From Actinomycetota bacterium (GTDB taxonomy: Bacteria > Actinomycetota > Actinomycetes > S36-B12): DNA of 64,000 bases. Where the stretch lies: NCBI GenBank assembly GCA_005798555.1, contig SYJA01000003.1:2626-66625 (forward strand), written 5' to 3'. A program made the translations under genes and the position numbers. This document shows positions 39,546-50,809 of the stretch, one piece after another. The first letter of the stretch is position 1. Each line of letters starts with the position of its first letter. A model generated the notes under the pieces. That model made no database searches, was not told where the DNA came from, and was given only the letters and a program-made list of their open reading frames with translations.

Positions 39546-41071
39546 CACCGGCGCAAGTCCACCGCGAAATTGAACGCAAGCTGCGGGTGCCTGCCGAGTT
39601 CGAGTTTCCCGATCTGCAGGGCAGCGCGGTAATTGGTTCCTGGGAACCCGGTGCGCCATTTGAGATGACCGCCGTCTACTACGACACTCCTGGGCTTCGG
39701 CTCTTCCGCTGGCGGATAACCATGCGCCGGCGAGTTGGGGGCAAGGATGCTGGCTGGCATCTCAAACTGCCGGTGGCAAATACTGATGGTCCCGCACGCG
39801 ATGAACTTCAATTGCCACTTGAAGCGGGGGCTCCCGGAGTGGTTCCGGCCGTCCTCGCCGACATAGTTTCACCCCTAGTTCGAGATGCACAGTTACTACC
39901 ACTCGTCACGGTGACCACGAGCCGTACCCCTTATTTGGTGTTGGATTCGAATGGCTCCGGAATTATCGAGATCGTCGATGATCGGGTTGTCGTCTCGGAG
40001 ACCGCAAATCAGACTACGACCAGTTTCCGCGAGATCGAAGTCGAGGCGCTGGATGCCGAGGATGCCAACGCACTTGCCCTGATAGATTCAATAGCCGCAG
40101 CCTTCATCGATGTTGGTGCCGTTCCTGGTTCAACAAGTAAGGCTGCGAGCGCGTTTGGTGCACGCGCTACCGCGCCACCGGATATCCCGGCTATGCCAAT
40201 GACAACCCGCGAGGGGGTTGCGATTGATGCAATTCGCGCAATCATCGGGGAACACACGCGGCATTTACTCTTTGCCGACGTAGGCGTGCGGTGCGATGCC
40301 GAGGACTCCGTGCATCAGATGCGGGTCGCGGCACGTCGGCTACGCAGCACCTTACGCACTTTCGGTCCGCTGCTTGATGAGGAGTGGACGGCCACCCTGA
40401 CCGAGGAGTTGGCGTGGATGGCCCAGGAGATGGGGGCAATACGCGATACAGAGGTACTACTTAAGAGGCTCATCAAGGATGCGAAGATCCTGGATCCCAA
40501 TGACGATCTAGCACCAACCGCAATCAACAATTGGCTGCAGGCCCGCTTGATCAGCGCCCGAGCGGGCGCGCTGGCCGGGCTTCGCAGTGACCGACATGAG
40601 TACCTACTGGAAGATCTGGTCACCGCAGCGCGCGAGCCGAAGGTAAGAGACGACGCGTACTTACCTTGCGCAGAGGTGCTGCCAAAACTTGTTGCACGTG
40701 AATGGTCCGCCTTGCGTAAGTCCGTGAGTGGACTTCAGGAGGACACCCCGAGCGCCGTCTGGCACCGAGCCCGGATTAAGGCCAAGCGTGCGCGCTATGC
40801 CGTCGAGGCCGTGTCCCCGATTTTCGGGCCCGCAGCGGCGGCATTTGGGAGCGCACTTGCAGACGTCACCGAGGTGCTAGGCGAACATCAGGACACCTAT
40901 ATTGCCCAACATCTGCTCCTTGAGTTAGTAGACAAAGCTAACGGGCCCACCGCTTTCATGCTCGGACGCCTCTACTCCTATGAAATTGAGCGTGAAATGG
41001 CATACCGTGACGACTTCAGCAACCTCTGGCCCGAGGTTCGCAAAGCCGCCAAGCGCTCAGGCTTGGTGTGA
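39542..41071 (+). CDS. CYTH + CHAD domain protein (polyphosphate-associated)
   Basis: EIERK, YYDT, RRR.GG.D.GWHLK, EIEVE; [30 protein letters not shown]. Confidence 0.9.
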   Translation: MTPAQVHREIERKLRVPAEFEFPDLQGSAVIGSWEPGAPFEMTAVYYDTPGLRLFRWRITMRRRVGGKDAGWHLKLPVANTDGPARDELQLPLEAGAPGVVPAVLADIVSPLVRDAQLLPLVTVTTSRTPYLVLDSNGSGIIEIVDDRVVVSETANQTTTSFREIEVEALDAEDANALALIDSIAAAFIDVGAVPGSTSKAASAFGARATAPPDIPAMPMTTREGVAIDAIRAIIGEHTRHLLFADVGVRCDAEDSVHQMRVAARRLRSTLRTFGPLLDEEWTATLTEELAWMAQEMGAIRDTEVLLKRLIKDAKILDPNDDLAPTAINNWLQARLISARAGALAGLRSDRHEYLLEDLVTAAREPKVRDDAYLPCAEVLPKLVAREWSALRKSVSGLQEDTPSAVWHRARIKAKRARYAVEAVSPIFGPAAAAFGSALADVTEVLGEHQDTYIAQHLLLELVDKANGPTAFMLGRLYSYEIEREMAYRDDFSNLWPEVRKAAKRSGLV

Positions 41072-41075
41072 CCCG

Positions 41076-41993
41076 ATGTCAAATAGTGATCTAGTCCGTG
41101 CCGCAGGGGTGGTCCTCCTGCGCGGTACCCCAGAAGATCGCGAAGTCCTCATCGTGCACCGGCCAAGGCGAAGCGACTGGTCACTGCCAAAGGGCAAAGT
41201 TGACCCAGGTGAGCACGTGCTCGCCGCAGCCTTGCGTGAGTGCATGGAAGAGTCAGGACACCTACCACAACTGGGTGCCCCGCTACCGACTTTGGCTTAT
41301 AACGCACTTGGCCGACCCAAGCAGGTGCAGTACTGGGCAGCATCCGTCCGAAGCAACGAGACTTTTCTTCCTAATGATGAAGTTGATGAAATCCGCTGGC
41401 TACCAGTAAGTCAGGCACGGCACCAACTCACTTACGAACACGATGCCGATACCGTTGAAGCAGCAACCGCTCTGCCAACGACGATACCGCTGATAGTCCT
41501 GCGCCACACTCAAGCGGTTAAGCGCACTGACTTCAGCGGGACAAGTGACGAGCTGCGCCCCCTGAGCGACAAAGGTCGGTCACAAGCCAAGTCCCTGATC
41601 CCACTGCTTGACTCATTCGGCATTAAGGCGGTGCACTCTTCTGATGCAAACCGTTGCCTTGAGACTGTTGCGGGACTGGCCGCCTTCCTAGATGTCGAGG
41701 TGCATTTTGAATCCAAACTTAGCGAAGGGGGATTTGAACTAGACCCGAAGCAGGCGCGGAAGCGAATGATCCAGCTTTCAGAGCAACGAAGTCCGACGGT
41801 CATCTGCTCGCACCGACCCGTGCTGCCTGCCCTCATGCGGGCCATAACAGCGACCTTGGATGTTGAAGTTGCCCCGGAAATCTGGGATACCAAGCTTTCA
41901 CCCGGCAGTTTCATCGTCGTGCATCGCGTGTTCAACGAAGATGCGCGACCACGCGTGATAGCTGTCGAACGTCACGACCTAGCTGAGGTCTAG
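41076..41993 (+). CDS. mutT1: MutT1-like NUDIX hydrolase with histidine-phosphatase domain
   Basis: HRPR..DWSLPKGK..PGE..AA.RE..EE, EVDE.RW; LRH, RPL, RC.ETV, CSH. Confidence 0.85.
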   Translation: MSNSDLVRAAGVVLLRGTPEDREVLIVHRPRRSDWSLPKGKVDPGEHVLAAALRECMEESGHLPQLGAPLPTLAYNALGRPKQVQYWAASVRSNETFLPNDEVDEIRWLPVSQARHQLTYEHDADTVEAATALPTTIPLIVLRHTQAVKRTDFSGTSDELRPLSDKGRSQAKSLIPLLDSFGIKAVHSSDANRCLETVAGLAAFLDVEVHFESKLSEGGFELDPKQARKRMIQLSEQRSPTVICSHRPVLPALMRAITATLDVEVAPEIWDTKLSPGSFIVVHRVFNEDARPRVIAVERHDLAEV

Positions 41994-41995
41994 AT

Positions 41996-43321
41996 TTACG
42001 CGGCAACACCGATAAATGCATTTGCCCGCTTACCGGTCGACCGCACTAGTACCGCGCAGGTGCCCGCTGCTCGCATTTGCACCCCGGCCTTAACCGCCTT
42101 GCAAATAGTGGGGGTGGACGTACTCAACTTGGTCGTTGCCGAATACTTGAGACCAGACCACTTAGCGACAGTCTTGGACTTGACCGTCCGTCCAATGATT
42201 GCTGTGCCATCAACCGCGACAATAGGTGCAGATGCAACCGAGGCTTGCCCTGCCCCAACGGAGTTCGAGGCGCTGACAGTGAAGGTGTAGCTCGTACCCG
42301 GCGTCAGACCCGGCACGGCGCAGGTGATCTCGGTCGTTGAACAAGTACCGCCGCCCGGTGCGGCTATGGCGGTATAGGCGGCGACAGGCGCACCACCATT
42401 GTTGACCGACGCCATCCAACTTACTACCGCTTGGGCGCCAGCGACCGCAACTACAGCTACTTCAGTAGGTGGTATCGGTGCCGTCACCGGTACATCCACA
42501 TACCCGCGGATCCACGGGATGAAGGTGCTGGTTCGCGTATAAATACCAGGAAAGTTAGCGCGGGCACACTCGAAACCGACGCTGGTCACACCGGCCAGAA
42601 TTGGTACTCCCGCAACGTTGATTACCAAAGGTCCACCGCTGTCACCTTGACAGGTATCAACGCCGCCACCTTGTGCACCCGCGCATAAGGAGAGGAATCC
42701 ATTGAACCCGGTGCCGTATTCGCCGCAGGCGGCCGCCGGTGGCGCCAAAACCTGCACTGTTGCCTTCAATAGTTGATCACTTGTTGAACTACCCGTGAAA
42801 TTCGCGACCCCCCAACCACTAATAGTGGCCTCGGTACCAACGGGTGGCCAAGCCGCCGGGTCCTGGGCCACTGGTAGCGCGACTATTTGCGCCCCCGGCC
42901 CAGGGGTGATCGGGGTAGTTAAGTTGATCAGCGCGATGTCGTTGGCATACGACGGCGGAGCAAAGTCTGGGTGCACCATGATCCCCGCTGCACGTATCGG
43001 TGCCACCGACGCGCGCTGGGAATCATTGGATATGCCACTGTAGACCGACACCTGCAACGGGCCGAGGCCGTTAACACAATGCGCGGCCGTCAAGATCCAA
43101 GTACTTGAGATTATTGAACCGCCGCAGAGTTTGCCGCCGACGATGATGAGCACCTGCCAAGGCACGTCATTTATGGTGGTGGGCGAGCCGCCGACGATTC
43201 GAGGCGCCAGGCTTGGTGGTGCGGCAAGCGCCCCGGCGGCGGCAATTGACCCCGCGGTTCCGGCGGCGAATACCGCCGTCAAAAGCCCCGCCGTCAACCG
43301 GAATCCAATGCCCCTATTCAT
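41996..43321 (-). CDS. secreted trypsin-like (S1A) serine protease with FN3 and C-terminal Cys-pair domain
   Basis: Signal peptide; R-IVGG, LTAAHC, NDIAL, DTCQGDSGGP; W...NNGG...Y...GLTPGTSYTFTV.A.N.VG; STPTIC...AGTC. Confidence 0.92.
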   Translation of the reverse strand: MNRGIGFRLTAGLLTAVFAAGTAGSIAAAGALAAPPSLAPRIVGGSPTTINDVPWQVLIIVGGKLCGGSIISSTWILTAAHCVNGLGPLQVSVYSGISNDSQRASVAPIRAAGIMVHPDFAPPSYANDIALINLTTPITPGPGAQIVALPVAQDPAAWPPVGTEATISGWGVANFTGSSTSDQLLKATVQVLAPPAAACGEYGTGFNGFLSLCAGAQGGGVDTCQGDSGGPLVINVAGVPILAGVTSVGFECARANFPGIYTRTSTFIPWIRGYVDVPVTAPIPPTEVAVVAVAGAQAVVSWMASVNNGGAPVAAYTAIAAPGGGTCSTTEITCAVPGLTPGTSYTFTVSASNSVGAGQASVASAPIVAVDGTAIIGRTVKSKTVAKWSGLKYSATTKLSTSTPTICKAVKAGVQMRAAGTCAVLVRSTGKRANAFIGVAA

Positions 43322-43361
43322 AATTCCCGAAGTCTCTCACGTGCAGGTGGCAACAGGTTAA

Positions 43362-44588
43362 CTACTGCCCCTTCGCCGTGACCCCTTTACCGAGGGCTAC
43401 TACCCCAGCATCACTCACGGTGTAGAGGCCACGATCACGTTCCAAATCGACTCCGACCTGAGCACCGTCTGGGATCACCACGTTCTTGTCCAAAATAGCT
43501 CGACGAACCACGGCGTCTCGGCCGATGCGTGCACCCGGCATGATCACACTGCCCTCGACATAGGCCCCGGTGCCAATCGTGACACTGGATGAGACTACTG
43601 AGGTTCTGACGTGCGCCCCAGAGATAACCGTGCCCGCGCCGACCATGGACTCGTGCGCATTACCCCCCTCTACGAATTTCGCCGGCGGCAGTGACGGCAG
43701 ATTGGTAAGAATCGGCCACCGCCGGTTGTACAGGTTGAAAATCGGATGAACTGAAACCAGATCCATGTGGGCATCGTGATAACTGTCAAGGCTACCTACA
43801 TCGCGCCAGTAGCCGTGGTCGCGTTCAGTTTCACCTGGCACCACATTTTCGGCAAAGTCATACACCTGCGCCAATCCCTCTGCGGTCAGCATCGGGATGA
43901 TGTTCGTGCCCATGTCGTGTATTGACGACGGATCGCCCGCATCAACTCGCAAAGCCTCTAATAGCACGTCAGTCGCAAAAACATAATTACCCATAGACAC
44001 GTAGCAATTGTCATCATCCCCGGGAATCGTCGGGGGGCTAATGGGTTTTTCGACAAAGCGTGAGATATTCCGTCCGTCGGGTGCGGCTTCGATAACGCCG
44101 AACTGGCTTGCTTGCGCCTTCGGCATCCGGATACCAGCTACGGTTACGCCCGCGCCGTTCTCAATGTGCGCCTCGATCATCTGCATTGGATCCATGCGGT
44201 AGACGTGGTCTGCTCCAAAAACAACTACATACTCGGGTTCTTCGTCATAGACCAAGTTCAAACTCTGGAATATCGCGTCAGCGCTGCCGGTGTACCAACG
44301 CGGGCCGAGTCGTTGCTGAGCGGGGACCGGCGTAACGTAGTCGCCCAGCAATGTTGGCATCCGCCAGGTAGTTGTGACATGGCGGTCCAATGAGTGGGAC
44401 TTGTACTGGGTAAGTACGCAGACTCGACGCATGCCCGCGTTGATTAGGTTTGACAGGACGAAATCAATAAGGCGGTACGAACCACCGAAGGGCACCGCCG
44501 GCTTGGCCCGATCCGCCGTCAGCGGCATCAACCGCTTACCGGCCCCGCCGGCAAGCACCATGGCTAGGACATGCGGCCCGGCGGTCAC
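43362..44588 (-). CDS. glgC: glucose-1-phosphate adenylyltransferase
   Basis: [47 protein letters not shown]. Confidence 0.96.
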   Translation of the reverse strand: MTAGPHVLAMVLAGGAGKRLMPLTADRAKPAVPFGGSYRLIDFVLSNLINAGMRRVCVLTQYKSHSLDRHVTTTWRMPTLLGDYVTPVPAQQRLGPRWYTGSADAIFQSLNLVYDEEPEYVVVFGADHVYRMDPMQMIEAHIENGAGVTVAGIRMPKAQASQFGVIEAAPDGRNISRFVEKPISPPTIPGDDDNCYVSMGNYVFATDVLLEALRVDAGDPSSIHDMGTNIIPMLTAEGLAQVYDFAENVVPGETERDHGYWRDVGSLDSYHDAHMDLVSVHPIFNLYNRRWPILTNLPSLPPAKFVEGGNAHESMVGAGTVISGAHVRTSVVSSSVTIGTGAYVEGSVIMPGARIGRDAVVRRAILDKNVVIPDGAQVGVDLERDRGLYTVSDAGVVALGKGVTAKGQ

Positions 44589-44653
44589 GATCGAACCCTA
44601 ACCGTCTTAAGCCATCGAACGATAGTCATGGTTATGTCTCTATGCTCGTAGCC

Positions 44654-45817
44654 ATGAAGGTTGGCATGTTGACCCGGGAGTGGCCCCCGGCGAACTACGG
44701 GGGCGCCGGGGTTCATGTGGAGCAATTGGTGGCCCACCTCCAGTCCTTGGTAGAAGTAGAAGTCCACTGTTTTGGACCCAGCCGCCAAGACGCCACCGCC
44801 CACCAGGTGCCGGCCGGACTAAGTGCGGCGAATCCGGCTATCGGTGTGCTCGGCGTGGACCTCGAGATCGCCGCAGCGGTCGCGGGCCTGGACTTACTCC
44901 ACTCCCACACCTGGTACACCAATTTCGCCGGGCAGATCGGCGCCCTGCTGCATGAGGTACCACACGTCCTGACCGCCCACTCCCTTGAGCCATTACGCCC
45001 TTGGAAACATGAGCAACTTGGTGGCGGGTACCGGGTTTCCTCATGGGTGGAGCGCATCGCTTACGAGGACGCCGATGCAATCATCGCCGTCAGCCATGGC
45101 ATGCGTAGGGATGTATTGAGCACCTACCCATTCGTGGACCCGGCAAAAGTCCATGTCATCCACAACGGGATAGACACCGAGCGCTTCGAACCGGATCTAG
45201 ATCGCGCCGGGCTCACCGAACTTGGGGTGGACGAGACGCGCCCGTATGTGCTTTTCGTCGGACGTATCACCCACCAAAAAGGCATCCTGCATTTGATAAA
45301 TGCCGCGCGCCAGTTCGATGATGATGTCGTGCTCGTACTTGCTGCCTCATCTCCCGATACCGAAGCCATCGCTGCGGAGACAGCGCATGCGGTAGCCCAG
45401 TTAAGAGCCGCGCGCGGTGACCAGAGCGTGGTTTGGCTAACGGAACAAGTCCCCCGACCTACCCTCATCAAGCTATTTTCCGGCGCCCTCGCATTCGCCT
45501 GCCCGTCCATCTACGAACCACTTGGCATCGTCAACCTCGAAGCCATGGCCTGCCAAACCGCGGTAATCGCCAGCGCCGTAGGCGGCATCCCCGAGGTCGT
45601 GGTCGACGGACACACCGGCCTGCTCGTGCCATATGAAGCCAATTCCCCTCTGGAGTTCGAGCGTGCCTTTGCCGCAGCGGTGAACGCCCTCGCTGCCGAC
45701 CCGACTCGGGCGGCAAATATGGGTCGCGCCGGTCGCGCCCGAGCGCAATCAGAATTCGGTTGGGATGCCATCGCCGAACGCACCGTCGCCGTCTATCAGC
45801 AGGTACTCAACAGGTGA
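44654..45817 (+). CDS. glgM: GT4 alpha-maltose-1-phosphate synthase GlgM (actinobacterial GlgA)
   Basis: TREWPP..YGGAGVH, HSHTWY, HSLEPLRPWK.EQLGGGY, FVGRIT.QKG, YEPLGIVNLEAM; divergent from glgC. Confidence 0.88.
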   Translation: MKVGMLTREWPPANYGGAGVHVEQLVAHLQSLVEVEVHCFGPSRQDATAHQVPAGLSAANPAIGVLGVDLEIAAAVAGLDLLHSHTWYTNFAGQIGALLHEVPHVLTAHSLEPLRPWKHEQLGGGYRVSSWVERIAYEDADAIIAVSHGMRRDVLSTYPFVDPAKVHVIHNGIDTERFEPDLDRAGLTELGVDETRPYVLFVGRITHQKGILHLINAARQFDDDVVLVLAASSPDTEAIAAETAHAVAQLRAARGDQSVVWLTEQVPRPTLIKLFSGALAFACPSIYEPLGIVNLEAMACQTAVIASAVGGIPEVVVDGHTGLLVPYEANSPLEFERAFAAAVNALAADPTRAANMGRAGRARAQSEFGWDAIAERTVAVYQQVLNR

Positions 45818-46773
45818 GCGATGTCGCCGAACCGCTGACCGGCATTTCTCCCGCCAAGCAACAGCATCCTAGGACGGGTTATTTATTTTACCTTGCGGCA
45901 GCCTGCCTGTTCGCCCTGAACGGCACGGTTTCAAAGTCACTCTTGCTGACCGGCATTGACGCCGCACGGCTTTCGCAAATACGAGTTACTGGAGCATTTC
46001 TAGTCCTCTTGATCGTTGTGGCAATCACGCGCCCCGCAGCGCTGCGAATCACCAAGAAGGAACTACCCGTACTACTCGCCTACGGGGTGCTGGGCATCGG
46101 GATGACCCAGTACCTGTATTTCGTCGCTCTTGAAACACTGCCTATCGGTGTCGCTCTTCTCATTGAGTTCACCGCGCCGATCATGGTTGCGCTTTGGTTT
46201 CGCTTCGGCATGAAGCAGCACACCCGCAAGCTGGTCTGGGTGGCACTTGTCATGGCATTGACGGGCCTGGCGATGGTGGCGCAGGTCTGGCTCGGGTTCA
46301 CCCTGAACGCCTTGGGTGTCACCGCCTCCTTCGGAGCGGCAATTGCCCTGGCGATCTACTACGTACTCGCTGACAGGCAATTGCGATCAGCCAACCCCCG
46401 TGATCCGATTTCTTTGACCATGTGGGGGTTCGGCGCATCGGCGGCCTTCTGGGCGATTGTGCAGCCCTGGTGGTCATTTCCCTGGGCCAATCTTGCTGGG
46501 GCCGGCTTCCCACTAGGTGCAGATGGGACGGCCATCCCTATCTGGCTATTGGTGAGTGACCTGATTGTTATCGGTACCGCTCTGCCCTTCCTACTCGTGG
46601 TCTATTCATTGCGGCATATCCGCGCCTCCCAAGCTTCGGTTATCGGCATGACCGAACCACTTATCGCGATCGTGATCGCTTGGGTTGCCCTGGGTGAGGT
46701 TATGACGCCGGTGCAACTGATTGGCGCCCTAGTGGTGCTGACCGGGGTGGTAATGGCGGAACGATCCCGATAA
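45814..46773 (+). CDS. EamA/DMT family transporter
   Basis: ~10 TM helices in two repeats; LPIGVALLIEFTAP, EP.IA...AW. Confidence 0.87.
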   Translation: MSDVAEPLTGISPAKQQHPRTGYLFYLAAACLFALNGTVSKSLLLTGIDAARLSQIRVTGAFLVLLIVVAITRPAALRITKKELPVLLAYGVLGIGMTQYLYFVALETLPIGVALLIEFTAPIMVALWFRFGMKQHTRKLVWVALVMALTGLAMVAQVWLGFTLNALGVTASFGAAIALAIYYVLADRQLRSANPRDPISLTMWGFGASAAFWAIVQPWWSFPWANLAGAGFPLGADGTAIPIWLLVSDLIVIGTALPFLLVVYSLRHIRASQASVIGMTEPLIAIVIAWVALGEVMTPVQLIGALVVLTGVVMAERSR

Positions 46774-46806
46774 AAATGAGACTTGGCACGTGGTACAAAT
46801 AGCACC

Positions 46807-47961
46807 GTGAAATGGGTGGAAGATCCGCAGCACGAAGACCTCAGGTCCGGTGTCCGCCAAGTCTGCTCTGGTTTCACCGGCAGTTACTGGCGCGATCTTG
46901 AACCCGATACGTATCCGGCGCAGTTTGTTGAAGCCATCACCCAAGCCGGCTTCCTTGGCGCCTTGATACCCGAGGAGTACGGCGGTGGCGGAGCCACGCT
47001 GACGGAGGCCTCGGTGATCTTGGAGGAGATCGCAGCCTCAGGCGGCAACCCGGCTGCTTGCCACGCGCAGATGTATGTCATGGGTACCGTGCTGCGTCAC
47101 GGCAGCGTCGAGCAGAAACTGCAATACCTGCCGGAGCTCGCGGCCGGTCGGCTGCGCCTGCAGGCCTTCGGAGTTACCGAGCCAGGTGCGGGTTCGGAGA
47201 CCACGCGGATTAGTACCCGGGCCGAGAAGGTGCCCGGTGGCTGGCGAATCAACGGTCAGAAGATCTGGACATCGCGGGCCCTTTATTCCGATCTGATGCT
47301 GCTCTTAGCACGAACCACGCCTTATGAGGAGTGCGCGAAACCGACTGAAGGTCTCTCGACATTCTTAGTTGACATGCGCAACGCCGAAGGCATCACCATT
47401 AATCCGATCAAGACAATGATAAATCACAGCACTACCGAAGTTTTCTTCGAAAATGTCGTAATCCCTGACGCGGCATTAGTTGGCGAAGCTGGTAACGGCT
47501 TTCGCTACATCCTGGACGGCATGAACGCAGAGCGCATCCTGATTGCAGCTGAATGCATCGGCGACGGCAGGTACCTGCTCGAGAAAGGCGTCGACTATGC
47601 CAATCAGCGAATCGTCTTCGATCGCCAAATCGGCTCGAATCAAGGGGTTCAGTTTCCGCTGGCTAAGGCCTATGCCCAATTACGTGCGGCCGATCTGGTG
47701 CGTTTTGACGCAGCCGCTAAGTACGATGCGGGTAAATCATGTGCCACCGAGGCCAATATGGCAAAACTCCTTGCCTCCGATGCTTCATGGGCTGCCGCAA
47801 ACGCCGCAATGGATACCCACGGCGGGTTCGGATTCGCCGTCGAGTACGACATCGAAAGAAAATTTCGGGAGACCCGGCTCTATCAAGTTGCACCTATCAA
47901 CAACAACCTAGTTCTGGCCTATCTCGGACAGCATGTCCTTGGGCTGCCCAAGTCCTACTAG
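46807..47961 (+). CDS. acyl-CoA dehydrogenase
   Basis: IPEEYGGGG, AFGVTEP.AGS, NGQKIWTS, R.VFDRQIG.NQGVQF, THGG.GFA.EY.IER.FRE; start may be 46783. Confidence 0.9.
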   Translation: MKWVEDPQHEDLRSGVRQVCSGFTGSYWRDLEPDTYPAQFVEAITQAGFLGALIPEEYGGGGATLTEASVILEEIAASGGNPAACHAQMYVMGTVLRHGSVEQKLQYLPELAAGRLRLQAFGVTEPGAGSETTRISTRAEKVPGGWRINGQKIWTSRALYSDLMLLLARTTPYEECAKPTEGLSTFLVDMRNAEGITINPIKTMINHSTTEVFFENVVIPDAALVGEAGNGFRYILDGMNAERILIAAECIGDGRYLLEKGVDYANQRIVFDRQIGSNQGVQFPLAKAYAQLRAADLVRFDAAAKYDAGKSCATEANMAKLLASDASWAAANAAMDTHGGFGFAVEYDIERKFRETRLYQVAPINNNLVLAYLGQHVLGLPKSY

Positions 47962-47994
47962 CTCAACCCCCTATTTTTTGTGCAGTGTTGAGCG

Positions 47995-49437
47995 TCAGAT
48001 GGGCAGGCCAGGCCGGTCGACACCGACTATCTGGGCTCCGCAAAAGAACCGGAAGACATCCCGATCACCGTGGCCGCCCAATCCGCTGCCCCGCCAAAAA
48101 CTCTGCACCGACTCCGGGCTCAGGTCCAACAAACTGGTGCCATTGACTTTCACCTCACCGAATCTAATGCGGCGGGCCACCGCCATAGCCGCATCGATAT
48201 CAGTGCCGAAGACATAACCGGCCAGGCCATAAGGCGAGGAATTGGCGAGGTCAATAGCCACGTCGATGGGGCTGGTCGCGTGAACCGTGACCACCGGGCC
48301 GAATAGCTCATCAACGCAGAGTCCTTCAGGCGCGTCGGTTACTACCACTGGCGGCCAAAACCATCCGGGTAAATCCGGGGCGGTATGCACTTGGTGCGCG
48401 GTCGCGCCGCCGCGCACTAGACCGTCAACCCGAGACTGCAACTGTTCACGGTGGTCTCGATGCGCGAGCGGCCCCATTAACGCAGCCGGATCATCATGGG
48501 CCCCGATCACCACACCCCCCAGTTCCACCAGCAGGGCGCTAACAAGCGCGCGCTCAAGGGCTGGCGGTACGAAGATTTTGCCCGGCCCTTCGCACCATTG
48601 CCCATTAAGCTTGGTCATGCCGGTGGCGATGCTTTTCGCCGCCTGGTTGATATCCGCATCAGGCATGATGATCACCGGGTTATTACCGCCTAGTTCTAGT
48701 TGTACTGCCTTGAAGTCCGCGGCCGCGGCGATGGCGATCGCCCGCCCTGTGGTGACCGAACCGGTGAACGAGATACACCTAATGCGCGGATCGGTCGTTA
48801 ACTGAACGCCGACATCAGCACCGCCATGCACCAGCTGGAAAACCCCGCCCGGAAGCCCTGCTGCCGCGATGGCTTCGGCGAGCACATTGCAGCCAAATGG
48901 TGCCCGCTCCGGTGGCTTGAGAATTACCGGAGCCCCTGCTGCAAGTGCGTATGCGCACTTTTTTGCAGCCATCGCCGCTGGGGCATTCCATGGCACCAGC
49001 ACGGTGGTCGGACCCCAAGGAATACGAAGGATTTCTACCGGCCTATCGATCTCGCCGACCTGCTGGACTAGTACGCCGCTTCGCATCTGCTCGACCGCGT
49101 CGCGAAAGGATCCAGCCAACGAACCGCCAAATAGTCGGGCGATGGATATCACAACACCCGACCCCAATGACTCAGCCGCCCCGATCCGATCACCGCGTTG
49201 ATCCAACTCATCGGCCACGCGCAGCAGGGCCGCCGCACGGTCATCGATGCTCTGCAGGCGCCACGAACCGGCCTTATCGATTCGGTCCGCGGCCGCGATG
49301 GCGCGATCGACCTCGGTTGGATCCGTTTGGGCAACTTTTGCGATGAACTCACCGGTGGACGGGTTGGTCAGTTCGATCTCCACAGTCTGGCTTGGCAAAC
49401 ACCGCACCCCGTCGATTAGATCGAGTTGAGATTCCAT
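47995..49437 (-). CDS. aldehyde dehydrogenase
   Basis: VPWNAP, KPPE, FTGS, LELGGNNP, NGQWCEG, ELFGP, AN.SPYGLA. Confidence 0.9.
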   Translation of the reverse strand: MESQLDLIDGVRCLPSQTVEIELTNPSTGEFIAKVAQTDPTEVDRAIAAADRIDKAGSWRLQSIDDRAAALLRVADELDQRGDRIGAAESLGSGVVISIARLFGGSLAGSFRDAVEQMRSGVLVQQVGEIDRPVEILRIPWGPTTVLVPWNAPAAMAAKKCAYALAAGAPVILKPPERAPFGCNVLAEAIAAAGLPGGVFQLVHGGADVGVQLTTDPRIRCISFTGSVTTGRAIAIAAAADFKAVQLELGGNNPVIIMPDADINQAAKSIATGMTKLNGQWCEGPGKIFVPPALERALVSALLVELGGVVIGAHDDPAALMGPLAHRDHREQLQSRVDGLVRGGATAHQVHTAPDLPGWFWPPVVVTDAPEGLCVDELFGPVVTVHATSPIDVAIDLANSSPYGLAGYVFGTDIDAAMAVARRIRFGEVKVNGTSLLDLSPESVQSFWRGSGLGGHGDRDVFRFFCGAQIVGVDRPGLPI

Positions 49438-49438
49438 C

Positions 49439-50809
49439 TCAAATATTCTCAAAGTAGCGCTCGAGCTCCCAATCGGTCACCGCGCGCTGAAAGCACTCCC
49501 ACTCCCACGCCGCCGCTGACCCATACTGCTCGACGACTGCAGGTCCAAAGTTGCGCATGATGAACTCACTTGCGGTAAAGCGCTCCGCGGCGGCGCCCAG
49601 ATGTTTCGGGAACTGCTCGGTAGCCGACTTCACCTGGTACGCATCACCGGTGCGCTCCGGACCCGGATCAATATCGCGCTCAATACCGTCACCAACCGCG
49701 GCAAGGAGCCCGGCAATCGCCAGATAGGGGTTGATGTCGGCGCCCGGTACCCGCCATTCAACCCGCATTGATGCCGGGTCGGTGCCGAGTACCCGACATG
49801 AGACCGTGCGGTTGTCCACCGCCCAAGTTGCCCCGTGGCCGGCGAAGTCACCTGAATTGGTGCGCCGGTAGGAATTGATGGTCGGCGCGTACCAAGCCAT
49901 CAAATCCGGTGCGGTTTCCAAGATGCCGCCCATTACCTGACGCATTGTGTTGCTGATGTGCTGTGGTTCGTTATCGGACCACATTACTTGTGCCGCAGGC
50001 CCGGATCCCTCGAGATCGCGAAGTGACAAATGGATGTGCCCAGACGACCCAACGCCGTCGGCCTGTGGTTTTGGCAGGAAGGTAGCCGAGAGGCCGGCTT
50101 GCGCGGCAACATCCTTAACCGCCAACTTGAAAAGCACATGACGGTCCGCCATATCCAGGGCATCCCCGTAGGTGAGGTTGATCTCCCATTGCCCCAAGCC
50201 CCACTCACCCTGGCTCATCTCGACGTTCATCCCGGATTCGTCCAAAACATTGCGCAGGCGCCGGAAGAATGGTTCCCAATTGTTGACCTGCTGAACGGTG
50301 TAGTCGGAATGAATCAGGGTGCTTGGAGTTCGGGTGTGATAGCCCGCCTGCCGCAATCGGTCATAACTCTCACGATAAAGATGAAACTCTAATTCGGTGC
50401 CAACCCCTGCTGCTAACCCACGCTCAGCCAACGCGGAGACCTGTCGCTGCAGGATCCTTCGGGGGGTGATCTCCACCGGGGAACGATCATGCTCCTCGAC
50501 GATGTCGGCGAGCACAATCGCGGTGCCGTCAAGCCACGCCGCATTGATGAGAGTCGCCATATCCGGGATCAGCAGAAAGTCCCGCCAACCCGTATGCCAA
50601 CCTGCATACGCTGATTGGTAGCCAATGTCCTGTGGGAGATCCCAGCCAAATGTGCAGGCCGAGACCGCGATCCCGCGCTCCGCGAACTCGGCCAATCGCT
50701 TCGGCGCCAATCGCTTGCCGATTAGTCGTCCATGCATGTCAGGTGCAGCTATAATTACGGTGTCGAAGTCGCCGGCTTGCAAATCCTGCATGGTCAGCAC
50801 ATTCATCAT
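49439..50809 (-). CDS. glutamine synthetase-like gamma-glutamyl-amine ligase (second paralogue)
   Basis: DMHGRLIGKR, GTELEF, EMSQGEWGLGQWEIN, SSGHIHLS, NSYRR..GDFA, RVEWRVPGAD. Confidence 0.88.
   Translation of the reverse strand: MMNVLTMQDLQAGDFDTVIIAAPDMHGRLIGKRLAPKRLAEFAERGIAVSACTFGWDLPQDIGYQSAYAGWHTGWRDFLLIPDMATLINAAWLDGTAIVLADIVEEHDRSPVEITPRRILQRQVSALAERGLAAGVGTELEFHLYRESYDRLRQAGYHTRTPSTLIHSDYTVQQVNNWEPFFRRLRNVLDESGMNVEMSQGEWGLGQWEINLTYGDALDMADRHVLFKLAVKDVAAQAGLSATFLPKPQADGVGSSGHIHLSLRDLEGSGPAAQVMWSDNEPQHISNTMRQVMGGILETAPDLMAWYAPTINSYRRTNSGDFAGHGATWAVDNRTVSCRVLGTDPASMRVEWRVPGADINPYLAIAGLLAAVGDGIERDIDPGPERTGDAYQVKSATEQFPKHLGAAAERFTASEFIMRNFGPAVVEQYGSAAAWEWECFQRAVTDWELERYFENI

Noticed and set aside
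37434-41993. ppk1-CYTH/CHAD-mutT1 cluster as a new polyphosphate system
   Set aside because: Well-known conserved actinobacterial arrangement.
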